This document shows, one piece after another, positions 1-14,479 of a stretch of 64,000 bases of DNA (positions within the stretch are counted from its first letter, which is position 1; every line of letters begins with the position of its first letter). A model generated the notes under the pieces. The model saw only the letters and a list, made by a program, of their open reading frames with translations. It was not told where the DNA came from and made no database searches. Source of the DNA: Octopus vulgaris (Eukaryota); contig OX597835.1 in assembly GCA_951406725.2 (NCBI GenBank), positions 34,286,001 to 34,350,000 of the forward strand, written 5' to 3'. Both the position numbers and the translations under genes were made by a program.

Positions 1-394
1 GTTTTTTCTAGCGGTGTCATATGAAATTGTCACCCATAATTATGACCCTAGTATCGATCTATTGCATTTCAATCTATTTTAGGATTAGGGTTAGGGGTGG
101 GGGGAAGGGTATCTTTTTATTCTTCAGAAATGTAAATAAACCTAATCTGTTTCTTAAACGAGGGACATATTCATACGGCACAGAATGTTTTTTACCTCAA
201 TATACGTCATTGATTGGTTGACATTGCAGAAATTGAAGAAAAAACAACAAATATCTTACAAACTATAGAATTTTCTCAATAAAGCCAAGAGAAGAAAGAT
301 ATTTTATAAACACATTCTACCAGTACACGAAGTTTAAAATTTTGTAGTTACCTGGAAATTATGTTAAAAACTGCCGTTCAAACCGAAAAGATCC
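1..394. mobile_element. Probable non-autonomous TIR element (MITE), left end cut by the window edge
   Basis: The right end AAAAACTGCCGTTCAAACCGAAAAGATCC (reverse complement GGATCTTTTCGGTTTGAACGGCAGTTTTT) would continue into the window's first bases GTTTTTT. The interior is non-coding. The left TIR lies mostly outside the window. Confidence 0.5.
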
Positions 395-684
395 GAATAT
401 ACTCCTCTACCAAAATTTCAGATCTTGTGCTCATAGTAGAAACTACTATTGCTTAAAGGCAACAAACTGGAAGATTCGTTAGTGCGTCGAACAAAATGCG
501 TAGTGGCATTTCATCCGGCTCTTTCTCTTCTACGTTCAAATATCACCCGGATCGGCTTTACTATTTATTCTTTTGGACTCGATACCTTGAAACTACGATC
601 AATTAAATCGTATTATACAGGGTGTGGCGTGGTTGGTAAACAAGCTACTTACCACACAGCCACTCCTGCGCCTATGTATGTATA

Positions 685-901
685 TACTGTTTTACTGTTT
701 TACTTGTTTCAGTCATTTGAATGCGGCCATGCTGGAGCACCGCCTTTAGTCGAGCAAATCGACCCCGGGACTTATTCTTTGTAAGCCCAGTACTTATTCT
801 ATCGGTCTCTTTTGCCGAACCTCTAAGTTACGGGGACGTAAACACACCAGCATCGGTTGTCAAGCAATGCTAGGGGGACAAACACAGACACACAAACACA
901 T

Positions 902-972
<71 letters not shown>

Positions 973-1112
973 TACGAGAGGCTTCTTTCGGTTTCCGTCT
1001 ACCAAATCCACTCACAATGCATTGGTCGACCCGGGGCTATAGCAGAAGACACTTGCCCAAGATGTCACCCGGAACCATGTGGTTGGTTAGCAAGCTACTT
1101 ACCACACAGCCA
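685..1112 (-). mobile_element. tRNA-derived SINE family A (CORE-like domain, internal CA/TA microsatellite)
   Basis: Matches many other copies in the window. On the minus strand the family has an A-box TGGCTGTGTGG, a B-box GGTTCAGTCC (deleted in this copy), a CORE-like CTTGGGCAAGTGTCTT and a tandem AAGAGTA-like tail. A 5' fragment is also present at about 625-672. Confidence 0.85.
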
Positions 1113-1479
1113 ACACAGACACACACACACACATCTCCATGTGTGTGTGTGTGTGTGTGTGTGTGTTTGTGTGTGTGTGCGTGTGCGTGTGTGTGTGCGT
1201 GTGTGTGTGTTCGTGTGCGTGCGTGTGTGTGTGTGTGTGTGTGACAAGCCAGTTATAAACTCAAGGCGAACTTAGACGTCGAGAATAATATTATGTATTA
1301 CATTAGAATAAATATAATTCGTTGCATGGGGCTATTTCGTTCGTTCCGTGCAAGTGTGAATGTGTGTGGGTGCTTACACACGCGCGCCCGCGCGCGCTCA
1401 TATTCAGAAAGTTAAAGAAACTAAGTAAGGTGACAGGCGGATGAATGTGAAATATATAAAAAGATGGGTTGATAGATAA

Positions 1480-1729
1480 ACAAATAGACAGATAGATTGA
1501 AAGGGAGGGAGACAGACAGAAAGAGTGATACATACAGACAGGCAGATAGATAGATAGACAGATATATGTATATATATATATATATATATATACTCAGGCA
1601 GACAGAGAGATAGACAGACAGACAGACAGACAGATAGATAAATAGATATATAAAAAGAGAAAGAGAGAAAGAGAGAGAGACATACACTCAGGCAGATAGA
1701 GATATAGACAAACAGATAGACGGATAGAC

Positions 1730-1774
<45 letters not shown>

Positions 1775-1775
1775 T

Positions 1776-1853
<78 letters not shown>

Positions 1854-1856
1854 TGA
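1480..1856. repeat. Compound (GACA)n/(GATA)n microsatellite
   Basis: Tandem tetranucleotide repeats, directly visible. Confidence 0.95.
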
Positions 1857-2529
1857 TCGCACTGGGCTTTTTTTCTTCCTTTAATCACTTTTCAAATATG
1901 TCTGATATTTAAGAACGAACGTTTAAGTGCAACACCAGACACCTCTTTTCTCCATATTTCTACAACCTCTTCTCTCCTTCTCTCTCTCTCTCCCTCTCTC
2001 TCTCTCTCTCTTTCTCCCTCTCTCTTTCTCTTTCTCCCTTTTCTCTCCTTCTCTCCTTGCCTATCTCTTTTCCCCTTTGGATAGCATAAGTATTTTACCA
2101 AGTTGCTTGGATGTATTGCTTGGATGGAAATCCGCCATTTTATACGTGGAGAGTTCGTTGGAAGAACCCAACTGTAGAACCGCTTATCGTTCTTCCTGTT
2201 GTTCATCCACTTAAATATGGCCACCATTTTCCACGTTTGGCGAACTTTACAAATAATGCGTACAACTTCTCTTTTGACAGGAACAGCTTTAAGTTTATTA
2301 GAAACTCCTTCTAAAGCAATGGAGCACACTTAATATATTATTGTTACCGAATATATCCCCTATGGCCGAGGATATATTACACAAAGACATAGGCGGCGAG
2401 TCAGTGGTTCCGTAACCCCATGAAGTAGGAGAAAAGGGGGCTGCTGAAATGCATACTGGGAAGGAACATTAAATATTTCATCAAAGAACGAATACAGAAC
2501 TTGTAACGGTATATTTTATCGCTTAAGAT

Positions 2530-3055
2530 TGCGAGCTGGCAGAATCGTTAGCAGACCGGGTAAAATGCTTAGCGAAATTTCGTCAATTTTTGCTTTCAGA
2601 GTTCAAATTTCACCGAGGTCAATTTTGTTTTCAACCTTTGGGGGTCGATGGGATCGATGTAATCGACTTAACCCCCTCCTAAAATTGCTGGCCTTGTGCC
2701 AAAATTTGAAACCTTTATTAAGTTGATATCAAAGGCGGCGAGCTGGCAGAAACGTTAGCACGCCGGGCGAAATGTGTATCCGTATTTTGTCTGCCGTTAC
2801 ATTCCGAGTTCAAATTCCGCCGTGGTGGACCTTGCCTTTCATCCCTTCGAGGTCGATAAATTAAGTACCATTTACGCACTCGGGTTGATGTAATCGACTT
2901 AATCCGTTTGTCTGTCCTTGTTTGTCCCCTCTGTGTGTAGCCCCTTGTGGGTAGTAAAGAAATAGGTATTTCGTCCGTCTTTACGTTCTGAGTTAAAATT
3001 CCGCTGTGGTCAAATTGGCCTTTCATGCTTTTGGGATCGATAAAATAAATACCAA
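2530..3055 (+). mobile_element. SINE family B copies: degenerate copy 2530-2715, dimeric copy 2733-3055
   Basis: Head GGCGGCGAGCTGGCAGAAACGTTAG, B-box GAGTTCAAATTCC and a MetaSINE-like central domain GCCTTTCATCC(T/C)TTCG(G/A)GGTCGATAAATTAAGTACC, all repeated elsewhere in the window. Confidence 0.85.
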
Positions 3056-3056
3056 C

Positions 3057-3420
3057 TCGACCTTAGCGGAATTTGAACTCACAACGTAACGGCAGACGAA
3101 ATACGGCTACGCATTTCGCCTGGCGTGCTAACGATTCTGCTAGCTCGCCGCCTTGCTCGCAGTAACTATTCACAAGCAGACCTTAATATGTTATTGGTTT
3201 CAAATATTGGCACAATTTCAGAAATTTTGCGGGAGGAGAATAGTCAATTATATTGATCCCAGTGCTCCACTGGTACTTATTTCATCGACCCCGAAAGGAT
3301 GAAAGGTAAAATCGACCCTGGTAGAATCTGAACGAAATCTGAACGCAGAATGTAAGGGCAGACGAAATACCACAAAGCATTTTTGTCCCGCGTGCTAGCG
3401 AATCTGCCCCCTTGCCAGCT
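3057..3420 (-). mobile_element. Inverted SINE family B copies (3057-3153 and about 3195-3420)
   Basis: Reverse complements of the SINE B head and central domain (CGGAATTTGAACTC, TCGACCCCGAAAGGATGAAAGG). Confidence 0.8.
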
Positions 3421-3469
3421 TTCTTTGATACGTTTATTGATAAGTTAAAGGCCTTCCTTAAGGACGCAC

Positions 3470-3920
3470 TGTAAAGAACAGGCGACAGTCAAATACGAAA
3501 CCTGTACCTCACCATATGCTATTCAACACTCTGATGACTTGTGGCGACATTCACCCTGGGCGGGTTGAGTCGGCTTCTTCTACCACCCTCGAGGCATCGA
3601 AGAAGTTTCGTGGGAATATGTGGATTTTACAAGCGGTCCCCAACAATCCCGCATGTAGAGACATCCTGTTTGCCGCAGTTTGTCCGCAGACGCAGGGACA
3701 GAACGACCGAGGAGCCGCCGGTTGCCGAAGCAGACACTCCGAGGATTTTCACCAGAATTGGGTCTGCGGGTTGTGGCCCTAATACCACTCGGTGTCAGAC
3801 CAATCCGCCTTGGGTGGCCCTACCAGGAACCGAAGTTCCCGACGGCATAGCTCTGACACTACCCGTTGCCAGCGTCCCCACCACGGTGAGGAGGGGATGG
3901 ACTTTGGGGACGCTGATGAC
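3470..3920 (-). mobile_element. RTE/BovB-like LINE 5' region (5' UTR plus possible degenerate start of the endonuclease)
   Basis: GC-rich island. The minus strand contains CCGTGGTGGGG...GAGCTATGCCG...AGGGCCACCCAAGGCGGA, motifs recognised from RTE/BovB 5' UTRs. No intact ORF. Confidence 0.6.
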
Positions 3921-4503
3921 CCGGTCATTTGCAGTTCGTTCTTGAGAATAAAATGCAAATACAAAAACAAACAGACAAATGGAAACGGAACGAAAGACCT
4001 GACGAAAGATTTGAACAGTGAAGCCATCTGTTGAGTTTCTTACGAAATAGCATCTATGACATCAGAATATCAAAGCTTCAATTGTTGAAAACGTAAAGGG
4101 TGACTGAGAACGTTATGTAAATCAGTGGTTTAAAGGAGGACAGCAGCCAAAGAGTGCGGGTTTCAATTCCCAAAGGATTGGATCTGCTTTCAACTAATTT
4201 CCTTATTTACGTTAGATTTCGTTACAAGCAATCTTTTATAAGTATTTATGTATATATGTATGTAATTTATATGGGCAATGTATCACTATATTTATGTCTA
4301 TGTATATGTTGTATAAGTATTTATATATGTACATAAAGTGCGAATGTAATATGTGTATATATATATATGTAATGTATTTATTATTTTGGGATTTATTTAA
4401 ATTTTTCATTTGCAGAATTCAAGCCGGCCATTGTCAAAGGGACAAGGCTGCTGTGTTTCAGTCAAAACAGCTCTTGGGGATTGTCATTCTGTGAATTCAT
4501 TGG

Positions 4504-6482
<1,979 letters not shown>

Positions 6483-6781
6483 ACCAATTTATGTGAAAGA
6501 GCTGTTACCACCAACGACGAAAAAAGCTAAAGCAATTAGTTTTCAAAAGTAAACATAAGTTTGAATTGAATTTCAAAAATGAAGTCTGTGAGAAAAAACA
6601 TTGGAATTATTTTGCCACTAAAAAATGAAAGAACAGAAAAACGCTGTTGTATGTTTGTTGTATAGTATACATGGTGGGTGGGGGAGGAGTGTAGCTATGT
6701 ACCGTAATACAAGTGTGTGTGTGTCTGTATGTGGGATTAGTCAAAAATGATATATACATACATTACATACACGTATATATA

Positions 6782-7126
6782 TAAATTAGAAAAAAACACC
6801 TTTTATCAATTCAAAATGAACAATTAAATTACACCATCTAAAAAATTACATATTTTATTAAAAATAAAATAACAATAAAATACCAATGATTAAGTAAATT
6901 GCAAAATAATAATAAAAACGTATATATTTGGTATACCAAATATATACCAAATATATACGTTTTTATTATTATCTCACATTTTTATTATTATTTTGCAATT
7001 TACTTAATCATCGGTATTTTATTATTTTATTTTTAATATTTCTATTTCTGTTATATGTAATTTTCTAGATGGTGTAATTTATTTGTTCATTTTGAATTGA
7101 TAAAAGGTGTTTTTTTTCTAATTTAC
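6782..7126. repeat. AT-rich inverted repeat (arms about 150 bp), probable Penelope-like pLTR end duplicated in inverted orientation
   Basis: AAATTAGAAAAAAACACCTTTTATCAATTCAAAATGAAC at 6783 mirrors GTTCATTTTGAATTGATAAAAGGTGTTTTTTTTCTAATTT near 7086-7124. The same terminus recurs at about 36570-36630. Flanked by (TA)n. Confidence 0.7.
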
Positions 7127-7244
7127 TGTATATATACATATTATATTTTGTGAAATTTGATTTAATATTTCTCATTTGAATTTTTTCCCTGTAAGTTAGG
7201 AATAATATTCCCTCAAATAATAATTATATATATATATATATAAA

Positions 7245-8080
7245 TTGGATCATCCCATAAATAATGCGGCTTTTTCAAAATGTTGGAACAAAACTGGATA
7301 AACTACCTGCATCAACTTGCTATAAAAACAAGTCGTAGTTTTACCTTGAATTTCTTATTCTTGGTGGAAGTTTTGAAGAGTGCAGTTCGATTTTAACAGT
7401 TATCTTTTCCAAGCTGGAATGAAAATGACAAAGGAGCATATTCGGTATGTTTTGCTTTATGAGTTCAATTAATGCAAGAATGCAAAGGAAAATGCGACGA
7501 ATATTAATGCAGCATATGGGGATTGGACAATAAGCGTAAGTCAGAGCCAACGGTGGTTCTAGAAATTCCGAGCTGGAAGCTACAGCGTAGAAGAGGTGTC
7601 TTGTCCTGGAAGATCTGTAGAGGTGGCCGAGAACGTTCTGAAAACTCTGGTGAAATAAAATCCCATCGTAATTGTTGAGGAACTAGCAGAGACGATTCGA
7701 CTTGGACATTCGACCATTCACCTGCGTGTCATTGGAAAAGTCAGCAAACTGCGTCAATGGGTTCTTCACAAACTGTCCGATTCCAATCGCGCGCAGCGAG
7801 TGAGTGTGTACATTTCTTTGCAGTCACGTCTCACAAATTAACCTGTTTTTGGACCGAATTCTGACTGGTGACAAGAAATGGCTTCTTTCTATAAAAATGT
7901 CAAGCGCCGAAGTCTGGGGGTAGGGAAAGAAGAAACACCGGTACCACGTAAGATATTGTTATCTGTTTGGTAAGAGATCCCACACATCATATTCGCCGGA
8001 CATTGCTCCATCTGATTATCATTTATTCCGCAGTCTTCAAAATCATTTGGATGGAAAAAATATGAATTCTGTAGACGATT
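7245..8080 (+). pseudogene. Mariner transposon, 5' TIR plus degenerate transposase
   Basis: TIR-like TTGGATCATCCCATAAATAATGCGG. ATG at 7419 gives MKMTKEHIRYVLLYEFN. Motifs WVLHKL (WVPHEL-like), LTGDKKW and SYSPDIAPSDYHLFRSLQNHL are present, with stops and deletions. Confidence 0.9.
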
Positions 8081-8095
8081 TCACTTAATACTTTA

Positions 8096-8168
8096 CCGTA
8101 TTTATCACTGATGAAGAGAAGGCTCTTATGAACTAACTCTGAAATCGGATCCCATATGGTAATAACGG
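8096..8168 (+). ncRNA. Hammerhead-ribozyme-like motif (type I) in a probable Penelope pLTR (8081-8380)
   Basis: CTGATGA (8108), AGAG/CTCT stem II, GAAA (8141), imperfect palindromic stem III, TA, and stem I CCGT..TTATCA/TGGTAA..ACGG. The segment ends in (TA)n. Confidence 0.6.
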
Positions 8169-8378
8169 ATTTTTTAAGAAATTTCTGTCGGCCTTCTTTG
8201 AAACACGTGCTTGTACTGATAAATTACGTGGTTATTGACGTTGTGTCTATTTTCGGCATATTTTGGCATTAGAATTTTTTTCTTTTGCCCTTACTTATAA
8301 ATTGTTTATAAATTTCACCTTTAAAGGTATCTTTTAATATGCTGGCCATTGATAGAATTGTTTTTCGATAAATTCTAG

Positions 8379-8445
<67 letters not shown>

Positions 8446-8450
8446 ATGTA

Positions 8451-8889
8451 TACTCTTTAACCTTTTACTTGTTTCAGTCATTTGACTGTGTCCATGCTGG
8501 AGCTCCGCCTTTAGTTGAGCAAATCGACTCCAGGATTTATTCTTTGTAAGCCCGGTACTTATTCTATTGGTCTCTTTTGCCGAACCGCTAAGTTACGGGG
8601 AGGTAAACACACCACCATCGGTTGTCAAGCGATGTTGAAGGGACAAACACAGCCACACAAACATATACACACACATACATATATATCTATATATACATAT
8701 ATACGATGGTCTTCTTTCAGTTTCCGTCTACCAAATCCACTCACAAGGCTTTGGTCAGCCCGAGGCTATAGTAGAAGATACTTGCCCAAGTTGCTACGCA
8801 ATGGGACTGAACCTGGAACCATGTGGTTGGTAAGCAAGCTATTTACACACAGCCACACCTACGCCGAGAAACACAGTCACTCCTGCGCC
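8451..8889 (-). mobile_element. SINE family A, full length
   Basis: Collinear with the other family A copies, including head, B-box, CORE-like domain and tail. Confidence 0.9.
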
Positions 8890-9022
8890 TATATATATAT
8901 TATATATATATAATATATAACTTTTTTTGATAAGGTTCATTTCAGGAACTGAAACATGTTATAATGTATATATAAAAATTAAAAATTGTATAATACAGCA
9001 GCATTTTCGAACTTCATTTTTT

Positions 9023-9071
<49 letters not shown>

Positions 9072-9181
9072 TATATGTAGGTCCCGGGTTGATTCGGGGT
9101 TAACCACAGTAAATAAGGTACTCAATACATAGCAGAGTAAAATTAATGAAACAGTTCTAGTCCTGTAGAAGCTCCTTCTAT

Positions 9182-9237
<56 letters not shown>

Positions 9238-9518
9238 TATCATAAACATCATTTACGTTAATACGTTTACATTGAAATGTGAGTCTAAATACACACGTAC
9301 ACATACATACATACATAAATATACATACACACCATCGATAACATGCAAACACACACACACATACATACACCCTGAACTCGTGTCTCATCAATTAAAAATG
9401 AAAACCAAACCGTATTTCGCCATATTTAATTCATTAAGGAATTCCATTTTAATTTTGCGCCATTAGTGTGAAATGCAATATATATGTGTGTGTGTATGTA
9501 TATATAAATATATATATA

Positions 9519-9562
<44 letters not shown>

Positions 9563-9733
9563 TGTGTGTATATATATATATATGTATATATATACATATA
9601 CGGTATATATATATGTATGTATGTATTTGTGTATATATATATACACACACATATATATGTATGTTTGTGTATGTATGTATGTATGCATATATGTATGTAC
9701 GTATGTATGTATGTATGTATGTATGTATGTATG

Positions 9734-9767
<34 letters not shown>

Positions 9768-10321
9768 TAAATTATTGAAAAGAACGACATGAGAGGAACG
9801 ATGTTTTACGAATATGTTATTAGTTCAAAGTTTGATATAGAGAAAAAGTTTCGTGACGTTTTGGATGTTAATCATTCATCAGAAAAAGAGAATGTAAAAG
9901 AGCAACATAATACGAGTGAGAAAGAGAAATATTAAGAGTATTGAGGAAGGAAGGACACAGGAGGAAGGCGAGGTATTAATTACTGGTAGGGAGGGGGTGA
10001 ATTCTGCTCTTTGTGTGACTAAGAAGGGGGAAAGAGGCGGTTATGTACACAGATGTATTAAAGTGTGTTTGCGTATGAAAGTGGACGTAAGACGAAGCAG
10101 GGTGTGCGTTTGTGTTATTATGATGTATGTGCATAGATGTGTAAAAATGTGGAAATATAGTGGCGTTGGTTTGCGGATGGAGGATGATAGTGTGTGTGTG
10201 TGTGTATGTGTGTGTGTGTGTGTGTGTTATTGTGTGTAATTTGTTAGCTGGATAGTGTGAAAACGTGTAGGTAGGGATTTAAGAGCGTGTACTATTGAGT
10301 TGAAATGACGGTATTGTCGAA

Positions 10322-10551
10322 GCGGTGAGCTGGCAGAAATGTTAGTACGCCGGACGAAATGCTTAGCGGTATTTCGTCTGCCGTAACGTTGTGAGTTCAA
10401 ATTCCGCCGAGGTCGACTTTGACTTTCATCTTTTCGGGGTCGATAAATTAAGTACCAGTTACGCATTGGGGTCGATGTAATCGACTTAATACCTATGTCT
10501 GTCCTTGTTTGTCATCTCTATGTTTAGTCCCTTGTGGGTAATAAAGAAATA
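10322..10551 (+). mobile_element. SINE family B with 13-bp target-site duplication
   Basis: Full SINE B body. GGTATTGTCGAAG occurs at 10310-10322 and at 10552-10564. Confidence 0.92.
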
Positions 10552-10796
10552 GGTATTGTCGAAGACCTTAAGCTGGTTAAAGGAAGGTAGTATGTTATGT
10601 GTGCAAGTGCATAGATAAAAGCAATTAGGATGCAAAAGTGATATTTCGGTGCAAATGGTACGAACTATTTTAGAACATGGTAGTGTCCATAAAATAGGAT
10701 TTGACTACACTTCCATTTAGAGCAAAGTTTAAGCTATCTTTTCGTGGAAGAAGGTTTATGTCCCTATAACCTGTGTTAATTCTGTAACCCTTTAAA

Positions 10797-11297
10797 ATGG
10801 AAGATAAGAAAGTTCATTTTCGGCACTTGATGCTTTTCTTTTTCCGTAAAAGGAAAAATGCCTCACAAGTAACCAAAGTAATATGCGCAGTTTACGGTGA
10901 TGTTTCTTTATCCGAAAGAACTGTACGGAAGTGGTTCGCAAGATTCCGAGCTCGAGATTGTAGCCTTATTGATAAAGAACGATCAGGCAGACCATCCACT
11001 ACAGATGATGACCAAATCAAGTCATTAATTGAGAATAACCCACATTGCACAACCCGAGAATTGGCAGAAAGCCTCAACCTATCAAAATCCGTCGTTCATG
11101 AACACCTGGTAAAGCTTGGGTACACAAATCGCTACGATGTTTGGGTACCACATGAGTTGAGTGAGAAGAACCTTTTGGATCGCATTTCCATCTGTGATTC
11201 GCTTTATAAACGGAATGAAAACGCGCCTTTTTTAAAGCAAATTGCGACAGGTGATGAGAAATGGATTATCTACCGAAATGTTTAGAGAAAGCGATCC
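10797..11297 (+). pseudogene. Mariner (Mos1/SETMAR-like) transposase, N-terminal half, 3'-truncated
   Basis: HTH region (SERTVRKWFARF, RSGRP), WVPHEL motif and the first catalytic Asp in ATGDEKW, followed by a stop and truncation. Confidence 0.93.
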
Positions 11298-11665
11298 TTC
11301 ATTTATGAGGACGTACTCATGTATTTGTCTGAGAGTTGGATCCTTCGGGTGCCTGGATAAAATGCGGATGTCAAGTTGACCTAGTGAGCCTTTATGTTGG
11401 TCTTTGGCATGTTGATAGAGTATGGAGGGCTGCTTTTTGTCGTTACGTACATTTAGTCTCTCTGCAATGTTCCTAAATGTCTCACCTATGTATATCATGT
11501 TCTTGTCTCTACAAACACCTATGCACCTTATGCTGTAAACTGCGTTTTTAGTTCTACAATTAATGCCAGGGTTAATCTTACATACCATGCAGTTATTACT
11601 GGTGCAGGATGAGTCGAAACAATTGTGGGGGATTTTAATAAAGAACCTTGTGAATTCCATTTTCT
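11294..11665 (-). pseudogene. Penelope-like element GIY-YIG endonuclease fragment
   Basis: CxxC..NCRTKNAVYSIRC...MIYIGETFRNIAERL...HAKDQH...RQIHEYVLI. Confidence 0.85.
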
Positions 11666-11688
11666 GGTTCTGATCTCTCTCGCTCTTT

Positions 11689-11751
<63 letters not shown>

Positions 11752-12225
11752 TGTGTGCAGAGGGTATGCACTTATCGTCACCTTAATGAAAACTTGGTTT
11801 ACAACTTAAGGTGCCTCACACCCTGCTTCCATTTCTAGATAGATAGATAGGTAGATAGATAGATGGATAGAGAGAAAGACAGACAGACAGACTGACAGAC
11901 AGACAGTCAGACAGAGGAGGGAGAGAGGGATGTAAGTAGCTATGGATATATGTGAGAGGTTTCAATAGATTCCATTTATATACCTCATTAATCTGTACAC
12001 GCAGTCATACATATCATATATACACCTATATAGATTACATGAAAATGTAAATCTAGATGTCAACGAAGTTGTATATTTGAATGCTTGTATAAATTTTGTT
12101 TACATATTCGTGTGTGTGTGAGGGTGAGAGAGAGAGTGAGAGAGAGAGAGATAACGAGTGCTGTGCTTGTAGAGATTAGATGATGATAGGACGCACATAA
12201 AAATCAAGACACACAAACCCATAGA

Positions 12226-12264
12226 CCGTGTGTGTGTGTCCTGTATCGCATATATATATATGTA

Positions 12265-12335
<71 letters not shown>

Positions 12336-12352
12336 GTATATATATATGTATA

Positions 12353-12396
<44 letters not shown>

Positions 12397-12427
12397 ATAT
12401 ATATATACATATATATATATATGTATA

Positions 12428-12518
<91 letters not shown>

Positions 12519-12567
12519 GTATATATATATATGTATATATATATGTATATATATATATATATGTATG

Positions 12568-12632
<65 letters not shown>

Positions 12633-12713
12633 CTGCACACATACACACAAACACACACACACATATATGTATGTATTTATGTTTGCCTGTCAGTTTACTC
12701 CTGTGCTTCGGTG

Positions 12714-12790
<77 letters not shown>

Positions 12791-12800
12791 TGTGCGTGCG
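12226..12800. repeat. (TA)n/(TG)n microsatellite field
   Basis: Directly visible. Confidence 0.95.
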
Positions 12801-13139
12801 TACCATCATCATCTAATCTCTCCGAACTCATCTTAAAAATTTGAAAGAGAAGAAACGGTAGAACTTATGGCGAAACGACAGCCGAGTTAAATGTTGTTCC
12901 CTGTGGGCTGCTCAATTGATGTTTACTGGTTATACCGTGGGACCGAAGAAACAAAATACAACGAAATAGATACGTTTTCTGTGAGACAATAACAGCATTC
13001 GACTAGGAATAGGCGGCGCGGCGGGGGAGGACTGTTGATATTTTTATATCTTTTTTTTAAAAATTGATTGATGGTTATTTATTGAAATTTGAGGTTATTT
13101 GAAAAGACATTTTTTATTCTGATTAATATCTCTGTCACT

Positions 13140-13770
13140 CATTGCATTGTGACCATGCTGGGGCAATGCCTTGAAGGGTTTATAAATGAGCAAATCTACC
13201 CCAGTACTTTGTTTTTTGGGGGGGTTTTTTGCGTGTATCTGATACTTATTCCATCAGAGTATTTTGCCGAACCGCTAAGTTACAGGGATGTAAGCAAACT
13301 ATCATCAGCTATCGAATTGAAATTTGAGGTTACTTGAAAAGACATCTTTTATTCTGATTAATTTTTCTTCCACACGGTAGAACCGAACCACTAACCATGT
13401 AACTGGAAAGCAAACTTCTTACCACGAAGCCATGTCCCTGACTATAAATACTCTAGAAATTGAAGGCGATGAATTTTCCCAAGGATTTTTGTTACTTTTG
13501 ACTTGGCCCCTTGGGGTCCAATAATTTATAGACTGGTGTGGGGTGCAAGAAGAGTAATATGGTGAATAGCATGTCCATTGCATTGTGACCATGCTGGAGC
13601 ATTGCCTTGAAGGATTTATAGACGAGCAAATATACCCCAGTACTTTTTCTTTTGCGTGTATCTGATACTTATTCCATCAGAGTCTTTTGCCGAACCGCTG
13701 TGTTACAGGGATGTAAGCAAACCATCATCAGCTATCAAGCAATTATGAGATGACAATCACAGATACAAAG
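13140..13770 (-). mobile_element. Degenerate SINE family A fragments, locally duplicated
   Basis: CATTGCATTGTGACCATGCTG...TTTGCCGAACCGCT...CATCAGCTATC occurs at about 13140-13312 and 13577-13738. Confidence 0.75.
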
Positions 13771-13795
13771 ACACATAAACCCATAGACAATGTGT

Positions 13796-13827
<32 letters not shown>

Positions 13828-14479
13828 ATTAAGTTGCTTCCCAACAAAGCATATTTCAACCGGTATCAACTTTATATTTATACGCATCATTGCTTAGCGC
13901 CTTTATTCAGTATTTTATTTACGATGAGCCGCCGACTAGTCCAACAAGTCCTATAGTACGATGATGGATATATAATAACAAAGACCTGTCTTTCTTGCCA
14001 GTTTGCAGCGTCCACCTTTCCAATCACTGGTGCTGAAGAGAAGATAACAACTCCGAAATGTAAGCGTCCGCCAGTCTGCTTAGGGGGCACTACGAATTAA
14101 CTTGGTGTGTTTACACCTATCTGTCTACAGCGAGAAATTTTCTTCATTATAAAATACAATGAATGATTTCCTTATTGGTTCGAATATGCTGCAACCATAT
14201 TTGAACTGGTAACAAGTTTGTTCTTACTCACATCACTGTTTAGTGCTATTATTCTGTATTGTAATAAAGAAGTGAAATTGAAATAGTGCGTGTGTTCATT
14301 GATGTCATAATGACCCTCTCGAGACACCACAAAATACGTTCCAACACACGTGTTCTATCTAGAATCTTGCAAACTTAACACAAAAATTTGGAATTTTAAT
14401 AAAGTATTTGAACAGCAAAACAAAAACTACGTAACTCAAACTTAGATAAGAAAAACCTCTGCTATTGAAAATTCTATCA

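Noticed and set aside
83-96. TTAGGG telomere-like repeats
   Set aside because: Only two units, inside a MITE-like element.
1892-2329. 145-aa minus-strand ORF in partly unique sequence
   Set aside because: Half of it is GA-repeat translation. The remainder has no recognisable motif or clear splice sites.
9845-9890. Minus-strand CTGATGA...CGAAAC hammerhead candidate
   Set aside because: The core and a weak stem II are present, but no stem III, cleavage triplet or stem I partner follows. At most a broken remnant.
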